From Anaerolineae bacterium (GTDB lineage: Bacteria > Chloroflexota > Anaerolineae > B4-G1), in assembly GCA_046760785.1 (NCBI GenBank), contig JBHIET010000002.1, positions 17,052-81,051 of the forward strand: 64,000 nt of DNA, in the 5' to 3' direction. Positions 63,452-64,000 of this stretch are shown here, piece by piece. The notes under the pieces were generated by a model. The model was not told the DNA's origin. It made no database searches and saw only the letters and a list, made by a program, of their open reading frames with translations. A program made the position numbers and the translations under genes. Within the stretch, counting starts at the first letter, position 1. Each line of letters begins with the position of its first letter.

Positions 63452-64000
63452 TTATACTACCTCTCCTGGATGCACGATCCGTCCCGCCACCGCGCTCGCC
63501 GCCGTGACGGCCGGCCCGGCCAGATAGACCTCGCTCTCCGGGTGACCCATCCGCCCGCGGAAGTTGCGGTTGGTCGTGCTCACCGCTCGCTCGCCGGCGG
63601 CCAACACGCCCATGTGACCGCCCAGGCAGGGGCCACAGGTTGGCGTGCTGACCGCCGCGCCCGCTTCGATGAATGTCTCGATCAGCCCCTCACGCAGCGC
63701 GTCCAGGTAGACCTGCTGGCTGCCGGGGATGACGATGCAGCGCACGTCGGGGTGAACCCGGCGGCCGCGCAGCACTTCAGCGGCAACGCGCAGGTCTTCC
63801 AGGCGGCCGTTGGTGCAGGAGCCGATGACAGCCTGGTCAATGCACACGTCGCTGGCCTGGCGCACCGGTCGGGCGTTCTCCGGCAGGTGAGGGAACGCCA
63901 CCTGCGGCTCGATCTGGCTCACGTCAATCTCGACGACCCGGGCATAAGCCGCATCGCTGTTGGCCTGGTAGACGCAATAGGGACGCGAGGCGCGACCGTT
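63452..64000 (-). CDS. leuC: 3-isopropylmalate dehydratase large subunit (C-terminal part; gene continues beyond the window end)
   Basis: ...[57 protein letters not shown] aconitase-family C-terminus. Frame open to 64000. Confidence 0.85.
   Translation of the reverse strand, partial: NGRASRPYCVYQANSDAAYARVVEIDVSQIEPQVAFPHLPENARPVRQASDVCIDQAVIGSCTNGRLEDLRVAAEVLRGRRVHPDVRCIVIPGSQQVYLDALREGLIETFIEAGAAVSTPTCGPCLGGHMGVLAAGERAVSTTNRNFRGRMGHPESEVYLAGPAVTAASAVAGRIVHPGEVV

Noticed and set aside
1-64000. CRISPR arrays, rRNA or tRNA genes
   Set aside because: No spaced direct repeats of CRISPR type and no rRNA-like conserved blocks were seen. No tRNA cloverleaf was found in the inspected intergenic spacers (4386-4448, 32748-32940, 34992-35637, 45050-45345, 52631-52813, 56578-56855). 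A formal tRNA scan could still be run.

Overview
High-GC (~65%) bacterial chromosomal window. The repeat families and the secretin-less Tad/Flp locus suggest a Chloroflexota-like monoderm; this is inference from gene content, not a database hit. All genes are on the + strand up to ~54.4 kb, then the strand switches to - for proS, ilvD and a leu operon. Main content:
(1) The 3' part of a giant parallel beta-helix/DUF11 surface protein (1-4385).
(2) Seven translationally coupled polytopic GT-C-type membrane glycosyltransferase paralogs (ArnT/PMT-like and DUF2029/GT87-like) with an SGNH hydrolase between them (4449-15250).
(3) A Wzx/Wzy-type polysaccharide locus: WbaP-like initiating transferase, WecB, Wzx, a polymerase-beta-like nucleotidyltransferase (NTase), an alkaline-phosphatase-superfamily enzyme, two GT2, a methyltransferase, two GT4, GT26 TagA/WecG and a Wzy-TPR fusion (15223-32747). 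It is interrupted by a small island carrying a VapBC-like toxin-antitoxin pair, an orphan MNT-type NTase and a radical SAM gene fragment (28.6-30.3 kb).
(4) A DegU/DegS-like two-component pair, then a complete secretin-less Tad/Flp pilus locus: a 48-aa Flp pilin, a 1302-aa TadE-like pseudopilin fused to a giant adhesin-like extension, TadE, a TadG-vWA protein, CpaB, REC-TadZ, CpaF, TadB and TadC (32.9-51.3 kb).
(5) ComF-like protein, HPF, LMW protein-tyrosine phosphatase, proS, ilvD, leuB, leuA, ilvE, leuD, leuC (partial).
Unexplained structure of note:
- A dispersed family of 7-nt-periodic repeat tracts sits inside GT-C genes in-frame and at leu-operon gene junctions. One is linked to an LRQAQD/FDKL-type core that is also fused in-frame to the proS 3' end.
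- A C-terminal tail shared by two large secreted proteins (YIYLPL-x2-RN).
- An intrinsic terminator inside the proS leader.
The many long antisense ORFs in the six-frame track are GC-rich shadow ORFs and are not called.
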